Source: Takakia lepidozioides (lineage: Eukaryota; Plantae; Bryophyta). From it: 64,000 nucleotides of DNA. The notes beneath the pieces were generated by a model. The model saw nothing but the letters and a program-made list of their open reading frames with translations. It did no database searches and was not told the DNA's origin. Positions 49,101 to 63,647 of the stretch are shown in pieces (position 1 is the first letter of the stretch; each line of letters opens with the position of its first letter). A program made the translations under genes and the position numbers. The stretch lies in contig CM060732.1 of assembly GCA_030704615.1 (NCBI GenBank), forward strand, positions 5,580,001-5,644,000, read 5' to 3'.

Positions 49101-52100
49101 CTTTTAATTCATGAAAGGAATGCTGACATTCTTTTGTCCATTGTTGCTCGGCATCATGTTTCAATAATTGCGTCAAAGGTAAGGCAATCTCGGCATATCG
49201 ACGGATAAAGCGGCGATAGTAACCCATATGCCCCAAAAATGCACATACCTCCGTCACTGTCGTGGGGGTAGGTAATTGGACAATAATCTCAATCTTGGTG
49301 GGGTCAGTTGATATTCCTCGAATTGATACAATAAGGCCCAATAGTTTTCCCTTGGTAACCAAAAATTGGCATTTACCGGCATTCAGGGAGATTCCATATT
49401 CTTTACATTTATGGAAACACAGCTCCAACATCTCAACATGTGTTGCTTTATTGCTATAGACACAAAATCATCCAAAAAGATCTCCATAATAACCGCAAAT
49501 AGTCCTGGAAGCCTGTAGTCATCACTCTTTAAAACGTAGCGGGAGCATTGCAAAGTCCGAAAGACATGACCGTATAGGCATAAGTACCCCAACTGGTAGT
49601 GAAAGTAGTCTTTGGCCGATCTTCCTCTGCAATCGTGATCTGATTGTAACCAGAGAACCCATCGAGGAAAGAATAACACTCATGGCTCGCTACTGCATCC
49701 AAGATAGTGTCAGTAAAAGGCAACGGAAAATAGTCCTTCATGGTCACAACATTAAGTTTCCGGAAATCTTGACAAATTCGCATTTTGCCCGATTGCTTCT
49801 TGGGGACAACCACTATCGGCGATACCCAATCACTATAAGGTACAGGATAAATGAAACCAGCAGCTACAATTTATCCAGTTCTTCTGTAACCAACAGAGAA
49901 TATTTAGGATTCAATCGATGTTGGCGTTGCCGCACTGGCATTGCTCCTTCCTCCAATATAATGTGATGCTGACAAATTTCTGGGGGTACACCCCGAAGAT
50001 CAGTATAAGTCCATGCAAAACTGTACGATGTTTCTGGAAAAACTCCTTCCACATAGACAATTCATTTGATGGAATATCCGTAGAGACTATAATTTCATTG
50101 GGTTCAACAGCCGCATTCAAATTCAAGGTTTGATAGGGGTCATTCTTCATCAATGGAGCACGATTATCATCAGCTGAATCGTACCACGCGATATCTTCCG
50201 ACGTGGAGGCCAATTCCCACTCAGATTCATGTTGCACCATGTAGGATGAACGAGCTCCCTCCCATCGCAAAAATAGCATCATCAGAGTCACTATCAAAAT
50301 CACCATGCCAGGGATACTCCCCTAGATTAGCACATCGGTAAATCCGTTGGCTACGTGTATGCTTAGGAGATAGTGGTATGACTTGAAAATCACTATCGGC
50401 ATCAGTCGTCCCTCCTTCAACTTCGGAAGTAAACTCAGATTCTAGCTCCTGAGTTTCCCCATGATAAGCTACTGGGTACATTTGCAAAACCACTTTTTGT
50501 TGCCCTTTACCTAGAGTCAAGGTGCCTTTTCCCCAGTCATTTTTAGCTTTAGACTGGAATAACCATGGTCTCCCTAATAAAATGGGATAAGAATAGGCAG
50601 AGACGTTTAGTCGAAAAACAACATAATCAGAATATTCAATAGCAGCAATTATAGTTGGGACTGCAGTCAAAACACCCATTGGCTTGATGCGACTTTGATC
50701 GGCCATCCTCAACACCAATCGAGTGTTCTGTAAACCACCAAGTCCTAACTCCTCCATTGTGTCTGAACTCATCAAATTGACACTAGAGCCACCGTCAATC
50801 TGAACTCCAGTAATAACAACGTCATCTATCGTCACATCAAGGACAGGGGCACCTGGATCCGGATTGAGTGTCGATATACTCACTTCATGGATGTCATTGT
50901 TTGATAATTGTCTCCGAACTAGAGATGATTGCAAAGAAGATCGACATTGAGGTGCGATAGCCAGCAACTGCCGCAAAGAAATAACAGGCTGCAAAGAATC
51001 TAGATCCTTTAAAATATCATAATGGACCAAGCCTTTAGTCATTGCCATAACCCGCCTCCGCCGCGATCCCTTGACATGTCCTATCTTGCCATTACCCATT
51101 TTTGGACCAGTATACTTCCCTCGATTTCTCCGCTGGACTGGCTCCGTTCTAGGTTGGGGTATAGCAACCGATATCACAGGATTAGGATCGATAAATCCAC
51201 AATAGTGGAAGGTGGATGGACAACCAAACTAGGCGATATCATCGGTGATATCGGATGAATATCGGGTATGGTTGGCAATGATTGTTGCCCCCCATCGGTT
51301 TGCTTGGATATCACACTATCGGGAGTCTTTAAGGCAGATTCCTCCACAATAGGGTCCATCGGAAGTAGCTTACGACCTCTGGTAGTCACTGCTTTGACCA
51401 TGGGAACATCTGACTCAACATTGGAATAATAGGATTGCAAGGGGGTATCGGCTGCTTCCATCTTGCCTTTGTCTTTCAGGGTGGCTCTTTTATCAGCCAA
51501 TAACATATTCATATCACCCGTCATATCCTCCACAAATTCTTGTACTGTTACTCGATTCACAACTCGATTTGTATTAGTATTTCCAAAAGAATGTGATGGG
51601 CCTGCAGCTGATGGAGCTGTACCTGAAACTGGAGGCATATGAGTTGATGAAGATTGCTGATGTATAGGATTTTGGGGGTATGGACTCTCACATTATTCGG
51701 CGATATGGCCCTCACCACCATAGCGTCCACACAGTGGTATGTAATCGACCGGGGCCTTTGGATTAGGGCATTCGCTGGCAATATGTCCAAGTTCATGACA
51801 ACGAAAGCAAATCGGGTATTGCCCATTCCTCAATCGCCGGGTATTAGGCCGATAGGAAGAGTTAGATTGTTGAAGTTACCCTTGTTGTTGACCTCCTCCA
51901 AAGGATTGCCCATAGGCGCCCTGGGGCGGTATTCCCCTCCATTGCTGGCGATTTGGCTGATTAGCTGGCTGATACCAGCTTTGTGGCCCTCGGGCAGGCC
52001 TCCAAGGTTGCTGACTCTGGGGAGCTGACCCTGACCATTGAGCAGGCATCGCTTGCACCGCAAGTGCCATTAGGGACTCAACCTGATTGACACCCCACCC

Positions 52101-53400
52101 GCCTGGCTTCTGGCTGGTCTTGGCCGGGGTTAACCCCATAGAAGTTTGGAGATGCCAACACTGCAAAATAACATGTCCCGATTTACCAAAATATCCACAC
52201 TTGGTAGCATTGATAGGGTTTGATGCTGGGGCCAATGGACATTCATGGGCTAAATGACCATGAACCTGACAGGTAGAACACCACATGTTGGCTCGTTGAT
52301 TATTTGGCTTTGGTCTCCCATCTCTCTTAGAAGCCAATTGCACGGAGAGTTCCTCCATCTTCTTAGTTAATGCAGCAATCTGTCCTTCCTGGGGGTCAAT
52401 TGTCACGCCAGCTGGTAATTGGTTTTGTATACAGGGGCATACATTCCCATAGTAGTTTGGGGAGATGAAATTTGCTGAGGCATCATTGGTGGTGAAATTT
52501 GTGAAGCCCAAGAATTAGTATCAAACATCGTGGGTGCCACTGAATAGGTGGAAACATTAATAGTCTCCCATAATTTAGCTCTATTGAGGGCTGCTTGGAG
52601 ATTGGCCGGTGTCCTCTCTTTTACAAATCTCTTCAATTCCGGCGTCATCAATCCTTCCACAAAGAGACCCATTTGCATATGGTCAGGGATATTGTGGTTA
52701 TTCCATCGCCGGAGGATATCTTCCAATCGTCCTGCAAAGGAACCAACCGATTCTCCTTCTACCATATGGAGCTTGGTCAATTACTCACGCAACCTGTCGG
52801 TAAAACCCAAGGGCCTGAATTGAGTCAAAAAGACTGTCTTTAGGGTATTCCAATCAGCAAAGCTGCCATGAGGTTGGCGATCATACCATTGGAAGGCCAA
52901 TTCTTGCAATGTAGCAGGAAACATCTGCTGCCACCAGCCTTCTGTTCTAGCATTATTAGCAATACACGCCGTTATAAATTGGGCTAACTGCCGATCGGGG
53001 TCGGATCCCTGTAGTCCTGTGAACTAGGGCATAGGCGAGACATTAACTGGTCTATCGTCCGGACCACCCAAGTTCACCACCACCGGGATCGACTGTAAAT
53101 TAACTCCAATTGGTCCTGCAGCCATTGGTGCTGGTACAATAGGTGGTACACTAGGTAGTGCGAGGGTTGCAATAGGGGGCATGTTAGGTGGCGCCGATGC
53201 AGCTGTCTGTGCGGCTAATAATGCCTGTCGTGCTATCCGTACTGCCAATCGATCAGCCTTGGCTTTAGCCTTATGCTCCGCTCTCACGGGGGATTCCTCA
53301 TACCCCATAACCCCTTCTTCTATATTGAGAAAACAAGGTGATCTCCTCTATTTCTTGCAACAGACAATTCGAGTGTTGTTGTTCTTCTGTTCAGGTGACA
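49101..53400 (-). mobile_element. Ty3/Gypsy internal region (gag with CCHC knuckles, protease, RT), decayed and truncated before RNase H
   Basis: gag (GESVGSFAGRLEDILRRW), CSTCQVHGHLAHECP, protease VQIDGGSSVNLM, RT motifs RICQDFRKLN..DYFPLPF, SFLDGFSGYNQI, MSFGLCNAPATF, IFLDDF, AFLGHMGYYRRFI. Confidence 0.92.
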
Positions 53401-53687
53401 ATTGAATCTGCTCCTCTCGAGCTATTGCCAGAGCTAGCATCTCCGCCTTTTGTTGGCTTAGCACTCGGAAGTTCAATCGTCTCACCCTCCTTCCTCTTAC
53501 TCCAAAAGCATTCAAGGATCCTGCCTTCTTATGCTGATTACGTAAATTGCAATAAGGACATAGTTTTAAACCAGGTGGGGGAACCTTACTATTACAAATG
53601 ACTTCCCCTGTCATCTCGTATTCCTTCAACAAAAAGTAGGTATCTTAAAAATTTATTAAAACATCACTATAGCAAACCGCATCGTCT

Positions 53688-53706
53688 TTCCCCGGTAGCG
53701 GCGCCA
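53688..53706 (-). promoter_or_regulatory. Primer-binding site, tRNA-Asp type
   Basis: Minus strand TGGCGCCGCTACCGGGGA just inside the putative LTR; resembles the TGGCGCCGTTGCCGGG PBS of non-chromovirus Gypsy elements. Confidence 0.75.
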
Positions 53707-53712
53707 AAAAGA

Positions 53713-55380
53713 TGTAGGCCATGCTACTTTATTTATCTTCATTCTCTTACAGAAAGCTTTCTACCATTACTTGTCTCAATCTATAGCAATTAAGACTCTA
53801 TCAGTTTCAATGATATTCCCTCCATTCTCTATCAACTTTATCTCTTTGGCTGAGATCAAATACCATTGTTCATCTAATACTCTCCTCCAGTAATCTGCCT
53901 GATACAAGGTCAATAGCTCTCGACACCATCCTTTACTCACCAGCCATAAATATCTCTCTGTCACTACATTGCAGTCTTTTAAAGATATCTAACGACAGAC
54001 TATTATGTAGTCCAATAATTAATTCTACAGGATCTACTATATGTTCTTTTTCACACATCACTATCGATTGCTTTTCACCACCAATCCTATTTCTTCAGTT
54101 GCTCCAGGGATTTTCCCTCACCAAAGGAATTACTCCACCCTCTCATAAGTTCATGATAGCCTTCAAATGGTCTATGCTATGTCTGCACCCAACTGTGCTT
54201 CCAATAACAACTCATATATAGAATTGATATCTCTCTGTACCATCCTCTATTGACTAATTGTAATAAGAATACTTCTTTATCGCTTCTGAAAGATTATTAT
54301 CGATAAATGATCTGATAATCTGGTGATCAACTCTGATACTTCTTTTATTCCCTCATTATTGCTCTCTGCCATGCAAATGATTTTACTTCACCGTTATACT
54401 CCTCCAGTTAATCCAATCGAAGACTTTCTATCTTCATTTCCTTAATCCTGCTCCTTCATGAACTCTGGATAACCATCTATCAGACAATACCACATACTGA
54501 TCCATTTACGTCCCAATTGACGATGCTTATATAGAGTTGATAATTCATTTCTCCAGGCTTTACTCACACTTTCTATTCGAACTAACTCTGCCTCATTGCA
54601 AGATAAACGCTTAAATATCCGAATCGATATTGCTCTGGGTAAGCCAGGACTTAATTCTCGCTCATAATCTTTATCCTCTCCATTTGTGCACATTCTCACT
54701 ATCTCACATAATTATAATTCTTCAACCATTACATTTAGAATCAAATTCTCATTCCGTCATTCCATTTTTCACACAACACAAAGTGAATTGAATTTCTTTT
54801 TTCTCCTTCTTCTCTTCTATTCATTTACGAACACAACATCACAAGAATGTAGTACTTAATCTACAATTAAAGAATAACTCTACCTTCTAACTCCTACTCA
54901 CTCTGGTCACGGCTCTCTGGCTCAACTGACACCCACTGCTTCACATGAATGCAATATATAGCAGAGTTCCAAAAACTTTAATAACCGCTCAACCTCTTCT
55001 ATCCATTCTCTATAATCATTCATCCATTTCTTCTATCATCCAGTCAAGGATAAACTATCGGCTGCATACAAGATATCGAGGAACACTGCTCTATCGCAAC
55101 AATATCGAAGGTATCGCAGAGTATATCGATGGAAAAATGCATTAAAAAGTTTTAAAATTGCAACTGAGTCAGAAATTCCTATTATTCTACACCCGCTTAC
55201 TCCTAACCATACTGATGTTTACACTACAAACCTCACTAATCTACGGCCAACCCACTAATCAGAGTTCATGCAACAGCATGACAATAAGTTCAAAGAAACA
55301 ACACAACACGTCACTTCGGACGTCGGCCGTCGGCCGTCACGTTTAAACGTGCGTGGAGGTTTTTGGAGGAACAATCAACA
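53713..55380 (-). mobile_element. Putative 5' LTR (~1.67 kb) of the Gypsy element, containing F-box-like ORF remnants
   Basis: TG at 53713 adjacent to the PBS; atcaaCA at 55380 where composition changes; no second LTR to confirm the boundary. Confidence 0.55.
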
Positions 55381-55399
55381 CAACCAGCTGGAGGCTGGA

Positions 55400-56225
55400 G
55401 CCATGGTGCTGATGGAGATGATGACGGCCGCCATCATTTTGCGATGAGTGTGACTCTCAACGAGTTATGCTATATTTATGCGAGTAGGCCTGGGGAACAT
55501 GTTGGTGCGCGGAGTTCCTGAAATGTGCCATTGGGATGCACCTCGGATCCTGCAAGGTGGAAGCCCAGGTGGTGGGGTCATCTAGACATTTATCCCAGTG
55601 GACATGGGATCTTCATGCAAACCAAGAGGCGATGGTCACTAAAGCCATGGTGCTGTTGGAGATGATGACGGCCGCCATGATGAGCTATATTATAAGAATT
55701 ACGAGTATGTGGAAAGTGGATGTGGACGATACAAACGCACATCGTATTTTGCAATGAGTGTAACTCTCAACGAATTAGGTTATATTTATGAGGAGATTCT
55801 TGTGTTGTCGTATTTGAAGATACAAGGAAACCCTTCCGTAGACTGTCGATGACATCTTTGACATCATGAAGTTCAATGGGTACAACAAGCCCACTTTCAA
55901 TTTGAAGCCTATTTCCAACTCTCTTGGGCACTATGAGGCTGGTGTGGCAATGCAAATTGTAGGCCTGGTGCTGTTGGAGATGATGACGGCCGCCATGAGG
56001 AGTTGTATTATATGAATTATGAGTATGTGGAAAGTGGATGTGGACGATACAAACGCACATTGCGTTTTGCGATGAGTGTGACTCTCAACGAATTATGTTA
56101 TATTTATGAGGAGATTCTTGTCTTGCCGTGTTTGAAGACACAAAGAAAGCCTTCCGCAGACTGTCGATGACATCTTTGACATCATGGAGTTCAATGGGTA
56201 CAGCAAGCCTACTTTCAATTGTGCG
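55400..56225. repeat. Diverged tandem duplication (~320 bp, 2.5 copies) of unknown, possibly coding sequence
   Basis: ggtgctg(a/t)tggagatgatgacggccgccat at ~55405, 55650 and 55967; 55750-55905 matches 56070-56220. Confidence 0.75.
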
Positions 56226-56794
56226 AACCTTGAAATCTGTGTTCAGCGTCCTTGCACGCAGAAGGCAACGTAAGTTGCACAGAAAGTCGGAGTGACTCCA
56301 TCATATTGTGCAATCTATCGTTAGGCATGCAAGCCGAGTAATCAGAAAAAAATGCATTGGTTCCAACAAGTGGAACGCATCCGGTCACTTTATTTTCTTT
56401 TTATACTGACCTAGCTTATTAGGCAATAATTAATTGAAAATCAGGTGCCTAATTACATTTAGAAGTTTTTGGGAAAGCCTAAAACTTGGAAAAATTTCAT
56501 GAGAAGTGCCTAATTGCTCAAATATTGGGAAAAAACATCAAAATGTCCAAATATATGAAAAACAAATGTCTAAATTGTATTATTTAAAGTCCAAAAATAG
56601 AAAAAATGCCTACAATTTATAATTTCATGTCCACACAACTTCGAAAGGGCCCTGCGTTCATGTACCTACATCTTCATAACTCTCATCACCTATCTCATGT
56701 GAATCTTCTGAATCTGAGAGAATGTTAAGGTTAGGAACATCATCATCCTCGATATGCATGTTTGCAAGACATCGGCTCATGCTCTCAATCACAT

Positions 56795-57030
56795 ATCAAA
56801 TATTATGTTTTTTTAAGGAGAAAATTACCTCAACAATAGTTTCTGAGAGAGGTAAAAAACAATTGTTGAGATAATATCAATTTTCAATATCATTATGTTT
56901 CTTTACAAGAAAATTACCTCAACAATAGTTTTTTAGGGAGGTCGTAAACAATATCTATTCTCAAGACCATTATGTTTCTTACAAGAAAATTACCTCAACA
57001 ATAGTTTTTGAGGGAGGTCGAAAATACTTG
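56795..57030. repeat. Three-copy AT-rich repeat (attatgttt..aaaattacctcaacaatagtt..gaggt)
   Basis: Copies at ~56800, 56892 and 56970. Confidence 0.7.
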
Positions 57031-60000
57031 TTCAGTATTATCCAGGGTCGACTGTAATACATGCCTGATGTTCGGAAATTACCTAGGTGAGGTGCCTCAA
57101 TAATAAAAACTAATATGCCTTTGAAACTTTGCTTTATTACAGGGCCCACCCCTGAAAAGGGGCAGTAGCCGCAAGGCGAAGGGGCTTTAGTTATGTCGGC
57201 CTCGACCGGAGTCTTCTCTTTCAAAACAAAACATATTCACTTGCCCCCCAAGGACAAGTTCACCCTGTCATCCAATTTTGTTCATTGTAAGAAAAAATAC
57301 TCTCATGGATGAACGACTATTGCACCCATGACCGGATGTGGTTCAAGCTCAACTTTTGCCCGCATATGCTTGAATATATGTGTAACACATGTGTAAAGAT
57401 TCAATAGAAAAAAAAAACATTTGCCTCCCCAATGGCGCAGATTTGACCCCGTAATCATCTGGGTGGCACTGAGGGTATTATCCAACTGAGCTACCTTAGG
57501 AAGGAGCCAATAACCTCCTTTCCGGGGCTATGAAGGCGAATGCATAAAATTCAAAAAATAAAATAAAATAAAATACATATTTGCCCCCCGAAAGATTTAA
57601 AAGTTTATGTAAGACCGTTAGAATTTTAAAATACATTATGTAGGATTTTTCTATAGATACTGTAAGATAATTATTTTATAAAAATATCACCGACCCTCAC
57701 TCCAGTAACGCGGTATTCACGAGATCTCCTTCCCTGTCAATCCTTTAAATGGTTGTCGCTAGAAGATTGGCTTTTGTACTGTCGTCTTTCAGTAGAGCCC
57801 ATGGAGGCAACATCTCTTTCAATGGTGGTGGACAGTGGTATTCATCGCTTGAAGGGCCATGCAGAGTGTGAGCATAAGGGTAACCATAGAAGGGCGAAAC
57901 AGGATAAAGACCAATCACCTACAGTAAAAGAAAACATGGGATGCGTTTGATTGTAGTTGATCCATTCACTCTTGTATTGCAGGAAACAGGCCAATAATTA
58001 ATCTTCTGTTTGCTGATCTTTAGGGACACTTGCTCTGGAGATTCAGTTGATGAACTTTTGATTTGAGTAGTTATTCTCCTTGGCATTGCTTTGTAATCCA
58101 CATTATAAATGAATTGAAATAATTCAAACCAAAAGATATCTACAGTTAAGAATCAAAGTAAGTTAATGAAGACAATCACTACCACCACAAAGATGGAGGC
58201 ACGAATTGAAGGGTTACTTACTTTCTCAACTTCTATTCAGACAGGCATGGATCCCTAGGAAGAGGCCACCTCTGCATATAACATTTTGGTGTATTTACTC
58301 AGACACTCCTCAGACACAGTCTACAGAAACAAAATCTCTGAAATTGCAATTTGTGCAAACTTAACCCTCTGAACAAATAAGATTGGAAGCCGGGTAGAGC
58401 TATAAGTCATGTCAAATCTTTATTTAAATCAACTACACATGAATTGGTTCCAGGGCCTGCCCCGCAAAAAGTCGTACTACATCCACATCTGGATCTTCAT
58501 TGAGCTCCAATAAGCAGGGCCGAGATGTTTGTTCCACTCTTACCTTGAAAGCTTGCGCACCACCACGGATCAACAAAGAATGGCTGGCTGAATGGCTATA
58601 TGCAAGTTTGGTCCAATCATGCCTTGACTACACCCCATAAAATCTACCTGAAATCAACACAACACAGCTATGTAGTTGAACTGCATCAACGAAACATAAG
58701 TAACCGTTAATCCATAGATTTTCAAAACATTTCCTTTCGACAGAGACCCAATTCTAAGGTCGGCTGTACCAGCTGTCAGCTGCTAATGCAAACTCAATAG
58801 TTACAATATATTCACAAGAATCTGGGCCATGGCCACTCCCTTATGACAACGGATCAAAATTCAGGGTCTTCATATTGGTTGCCTAATAGGACTGACTGCC
58901 TACTTGGAAAGCCAGTATAAACAGGGTTGCTCACCGTAGATTCAACCATGTTGATCGTGGATTGCAGTATTTTCGCAGCGTGAAATTAACTTTATATTTG
59001 GCACCCTGTATCACACAACAACATAAGACAAAAGCTCTGGTTAGACAAACTAAATACTGTACGCACAGTGTTGAAGGGACTGAGAAAGAGGGCCACCTTT
59101 GCCAGACCAAGCCTCCCTCCCCGCGCAAGCTGCCGTCCTTCTCTTATCCATCCTCTCTTCCCTCCCTTGTCATTTCGCGCCCTCCAGTCAGTACCACAAT
59201 AAAGTGGAAATACTAAACGTACTGTATGTACATATATATACTGGTGGGCGTTTAAGGGCATAAACAGCTTCACCAGTGGTTGTGGGTTCAAATCAAACTA
59301 CAGGTTGGACGTCATGAAGGTATCCGGTGGATGCCAGTATTCCTTGGGTCAAGTGTGTACACCACGCTTGCTGCGCCAACACATTTATTTTGCCTGCTTC
59401 CTCACTGGCCTTTTGTTTTGTGTTTCTTTGGGGAAACGTTCATCCTCCAATTTCATCTGCACGTTGCTGGAGGCAGATGCCTGGTGAGGATTTTTGTAAG
59501 CGAGGGAGGGCGGGGTGAGATGTGATGAGGAGGAAGCGACACACCCGCTGAGGGCGATGATGTGGCCATGCCAAACGTGGCAGTTAGCAGGGATGTCAGA
59601 TTTGCTACTTTGTAGTGAACTTGTGGGTATTCTTCAGTTTCAGTGGTTTATTTGGGGTGGCACCTCCATGGCCCGGATCCCGAGTTTGGTTCTTGTTCTG
59701 GTGTCGAGGTGGGTAGATACTTGCATTCCTCTGCACCGAAATTGTTGCAGTTTTGTGGGTTGTGGAGAATCTCGATGGATGTGGAAGGTCCGGGGTGTTT
59801 TACCTTGTCACCTGCTCCGCTGATGAGGTGTGCTGGGTTGTCCTCCTCTTTGTCTCCTCCCGCTTCAGAGTGATCGTGAGCATGTAGGTGGAATTTTCTT
59901 TGCAGAAATTCTGTGTTTGGAATGTGTCTTTATCATTCCGTCTGTGTTAGGGGCTTGGCATTGTTGTGTCGGGCAAGATTGTGATTGTTCCGTCGGAATC

Positions 60001-60443
60001 CTTCCTTCTTTGCCTTTGGGGTGTAGCTCATTCTAATTTTTTTTTGCTGTCCTCAAATTATTAGATCACTTAACTTCTGCTGAGGGGCTTGTTGGCTTTT
60101 GGATTCGATAACATCGGAAGCCGAGACCAAGTGCTCCAACCAGTGGGGTCCGTGGCTCGATTGCGATTTTTTTTTTTGTCGGTGCGATGGCTCTGTTGCT
60201 CACGAATCCGATGTTCCATCCTCCCAGGTGAATAAGGAGTGAGGATCGGGCTCCTTACAACTTGCAGCCTCATGCATCTCGCATGGAATTGTGCTGGGGG
60301 TCAGCATGTTTGGATGGCTTCTGGTTGGTGAGCTTCTTTTATCATCCTTGTTGTGCCAGTGAAAGGAAAGGTAATTAAACAATAATTCTGCAGATTTCTG
60401 AGATTGATACTGTTTGGGGGGCTTCTATATGGATAGACCGACT

Positions 60444-60508
<65 letters not shown>
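60444..60508. repeat. (TG)n(AG)n microsatellite
   Basis: Direct reading of the sequence. Confidence 0.95.
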
Positions 60509-60511
<3 letters not shown>

Positions 60512-61159
60512 TCATGGTATTTGAACTCTGTTCTGTTTCAGGTCATTCCCTGACAATGAATAGATGGTGAGCAGGTGCCAGAAGTGAGTTCATCTGATAC
60601 ACACAAATAGTGGCGTGCTCTTCCACCACCAATCATCTACCGATCCATTGTTTTGCCTGAAAATTGCTGCAGCAAAGCCTCAGCAGTGGGGAAAATGCAA
60701 CCCTAGTGCACTTATGTTATGAGAGCACATCAACCGAGTCCCAATTGTCTTTGTGGTAATGATACCCTAGGTGAACTCTTAGCCAACACACAATCAAGAT
60801 GTCATCAAACTGGAAGATAGTTTGAAATGTTAGCCCCGGACTAGGATTTGATTTTTCCTCCTTTATTGTTGGCATAGTCCTGATCCATGAGATTCCATAA
60901 TTGACCTACTTTCCATTCTTTATCTCAGTGTTTCCTGGTTTCTCAATTCTCTAAACATTCTCCTGACATAGGCTATTGTTGGGTGTAGATTTAGAAGCAA
61001 CCTCCAAGCAGTTTCATTTTTCTAACTATTTGAAAGATTTGAGAGCTGCAAATACACCCCTTAGCTTCCCTGAGTGAATCAGGATTTTCACCTGCAGGCA
61101 AAGCAACTAAATCTCAAACTACAAGACAGTAGTTTCCATACGGAAAGAAGCAAGCTTGA

Positions 61160-63647
61160 ATGTACCCAAGGCCCAGGGGCATGGCGACAGCAGCGATGGC
61201 AGGGGCAGCAGGAGCTGCAGTAGTTTTGTACTATACAGGCTGGGGGAATCCCTGGGGAGTGTTTGGTAGACCTGTTCCAGATGATCCCTCTGTTGAAGAA
61301 AATTCAGAAGAGGGAGTAGGGAATGTTCCTTTGAGAGGAAATGGAAGACTTGCAGTTATGCCCAGGACAACACGAGCCCCTTCTACTTGGTTCGAAGCTC
61401 TGTCAACTCTGTCTGAGACATTGCGGTTTACCTATGCGGAAACTCTGGGAAAGTGGCCCATTGGGGACCTGGCTTTTGGCATCAACTACCTCCTAAAACG
61501 CCAGGTTTCCTACTTTCTTCTCATCTTTTCCCCACTTGAGCACTTTCACTCCTCCCTCTTTCCCCTTTTCTTATCTTCCCTTCTCTCTTCAACCTTTTAT
61601 ACTCCATCCAGTCCATCATAGGGACCCATGGCCATGAGGCTATGTGAAGGAGGGTTTGTGGACAAATCTCCAACTTTTGTTGTCTACTTGATTTCCTTAG
61701 CCAGGTTACCAATACCAGCTTCCCCCATTTGCTTTGGTTGTCCCCTCCTCTCTTTTGGTTCCCTGTGGGAGGAAAAGTAGAGCAATAATTGATAGGATGT
61801 GCCAAATCTGGGCTGGGCAGGGGCATCTGCATGTGGCAGGTGTTTATGCAGGAGAAGAGAACCAGCAGCTGCATGGACTTGTGGTGCTGACGCAGATGAG
61901 AGAGTTGTTGAGGTTGTTAACTGTATGCATGCATTTCTCGAAGAAACCATTTCCCTTGTTTCTTGAGATTGCAGGATACACAAATGATCAAGTTTTGCTT
62001 CAAGAAGGAAAGGCTGGGGTATGTCATACTGTTACATGCCTTTTTTCTATCCTATTTGTGCGTGTGCAGTTCTGCTAAGCTTCTGTAACGAAAGTGTGAT
62101 GTATAATTTACTCTGTGTTTTCACCAGCTTTGAAGTTATGGCATTCAGTCAGAGCTGTTACAAGATGCTTGCAATTTAAGAAAGGAGATTCTATTCTCTC
62201 TTTATCTGCTCCTTCTGCAGATTGTTATCAGGCAAAGCGCCCTGCTGTTGACTGTGAGTTCTTAAGTAATGGTTTGGATGGAATATGTTTGACAGCTGCT
62301 GAAGCCAGCATTCACAGTCCTGGTGGACCACGAGTCCCATTGCATCTTGCTCCTTGTTCGGGGAACACATAGTGTGAGGGACACTTTGACAGCGGTCACA
62401 GGTGCTATCGTGCCATTCCATCACACCGTTCTTGGCGATGCTGGTGTGAATAGCTTGGTTCTTGGCTATGCACACTGTGGCATGGTGGCAGCTGCACGGT
62501 GGATTGCGCAGCTTTCTACCTCCCATATATTGCAAGCCCTCAAGGAGTACCCTATGTACAGTGTGAAGGTGAGTTCTGTTTCCTGTCTACCTCCTGATTG
62601 TGTGCACAAATGACTTACATTCCTAAGTTGGGACTTCTATGGTTTTCTGTGCATCTGTTAATGGTCATTGATATAAGCCTTGTGAGAGATCTCTGGCTGT
62701 TAAGTATGTAATATGTTTGAACGTAAGCTGTTATGGTTGCAGGTTGTGGGTCACTCTCTTGGAGGTGGGACAGCTGCCTTGCTGACCTACATTCTCAGGG
62801 AGCGGGAGGCTTTTTCCTCAACACATTGTGTCTGTTTTGCACCCGGTATGGAGTGTTTGCTAGCCTTTCTAATAGGTCGCCGCTCTGTTCCTCTCTTCCA
62901 GTCATCCTGGGAAACAGATTGTATTTTGAAATTAGCATAAAAATTAGGCGTGCTGCAAGCAGGATTGCTGACTTGAAACTTTTCATGTGGTTGAATTAGA
63001 TGGCAGTTGAATTTCTTGGCTTTGAAGCTCAGGATATTGCGTGTGGCATGGCAGCGGCATGTATGACATGGGAGTTGGCAGAGTCAGGTCGGTCATTCGT
63101 GACCACAGTTATCAATGGATCTGATCTGGTGCCGTGTTTCTCTCCGGCTTCACTTGATGACCTCCGTGCAGAGGTTTGTTTGCGTTTCTCTTTCTTTGGG
63201 GATGATCGTATTGCTCGGGATATTTAATGTTGCAGAAGTTTTGGTCACTATGACGAACTTGAAGTTTTAATTTGGGGGTTTGTGTAGCCGACTAATTTGA
63301 CAGGGACTCCCGCATGAGTCCCTTCCCCTTAGGGAACTGTCAAGTGCTTTCTTTCTCTTGTTTATTTATGTGAAACCTAATGAACAAATGGGGTGGATCT
63401 TACATCTTGATGGTTTATGCAGGTGACGGCTTCTGCATGGGTCAAAGATTTCCAAGAGCAGATTGAGCGAACACGTATTCTTAGGACGGTTTACCGCTCA
63501 GCCACAGCCTTGGGCAGCCGTTTGCAATCCATAGCTAGCCTTTCACGTGCATCACTGCCTTACTCCTCCCTTATCGTATCCAGAGCTGCTCAAACTGGGG
63601 CAGCTGGTGCTGGTGCTATTTGGCGGCCTGTTTCTAGTGGGACCCAG
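61160..63647 (+). CDS. Class-3 lipase / mono-diacylglycerol lipase family protein; continues beyond the last exon called here
   Basis: Exons 61160-61504, 61821-62018, 62296-62568, 62743-62845, 63055-63173 and 63423-63647 with GT-AG borders; ETLRFTYAETLGKWPIGDLAFGI, LLVRGTHSVRDTLT, GYAHCGMVAAARW, nucleophile motif VGHSLGGG, INGSDLVP. Confidence 0.92.

Noticed and set aside
56640-57600. Possible hAT/MITE ends (agggccctg, cagggccc)
   Set aside because: They face outward from each other and no paired TIR with TSD could be established
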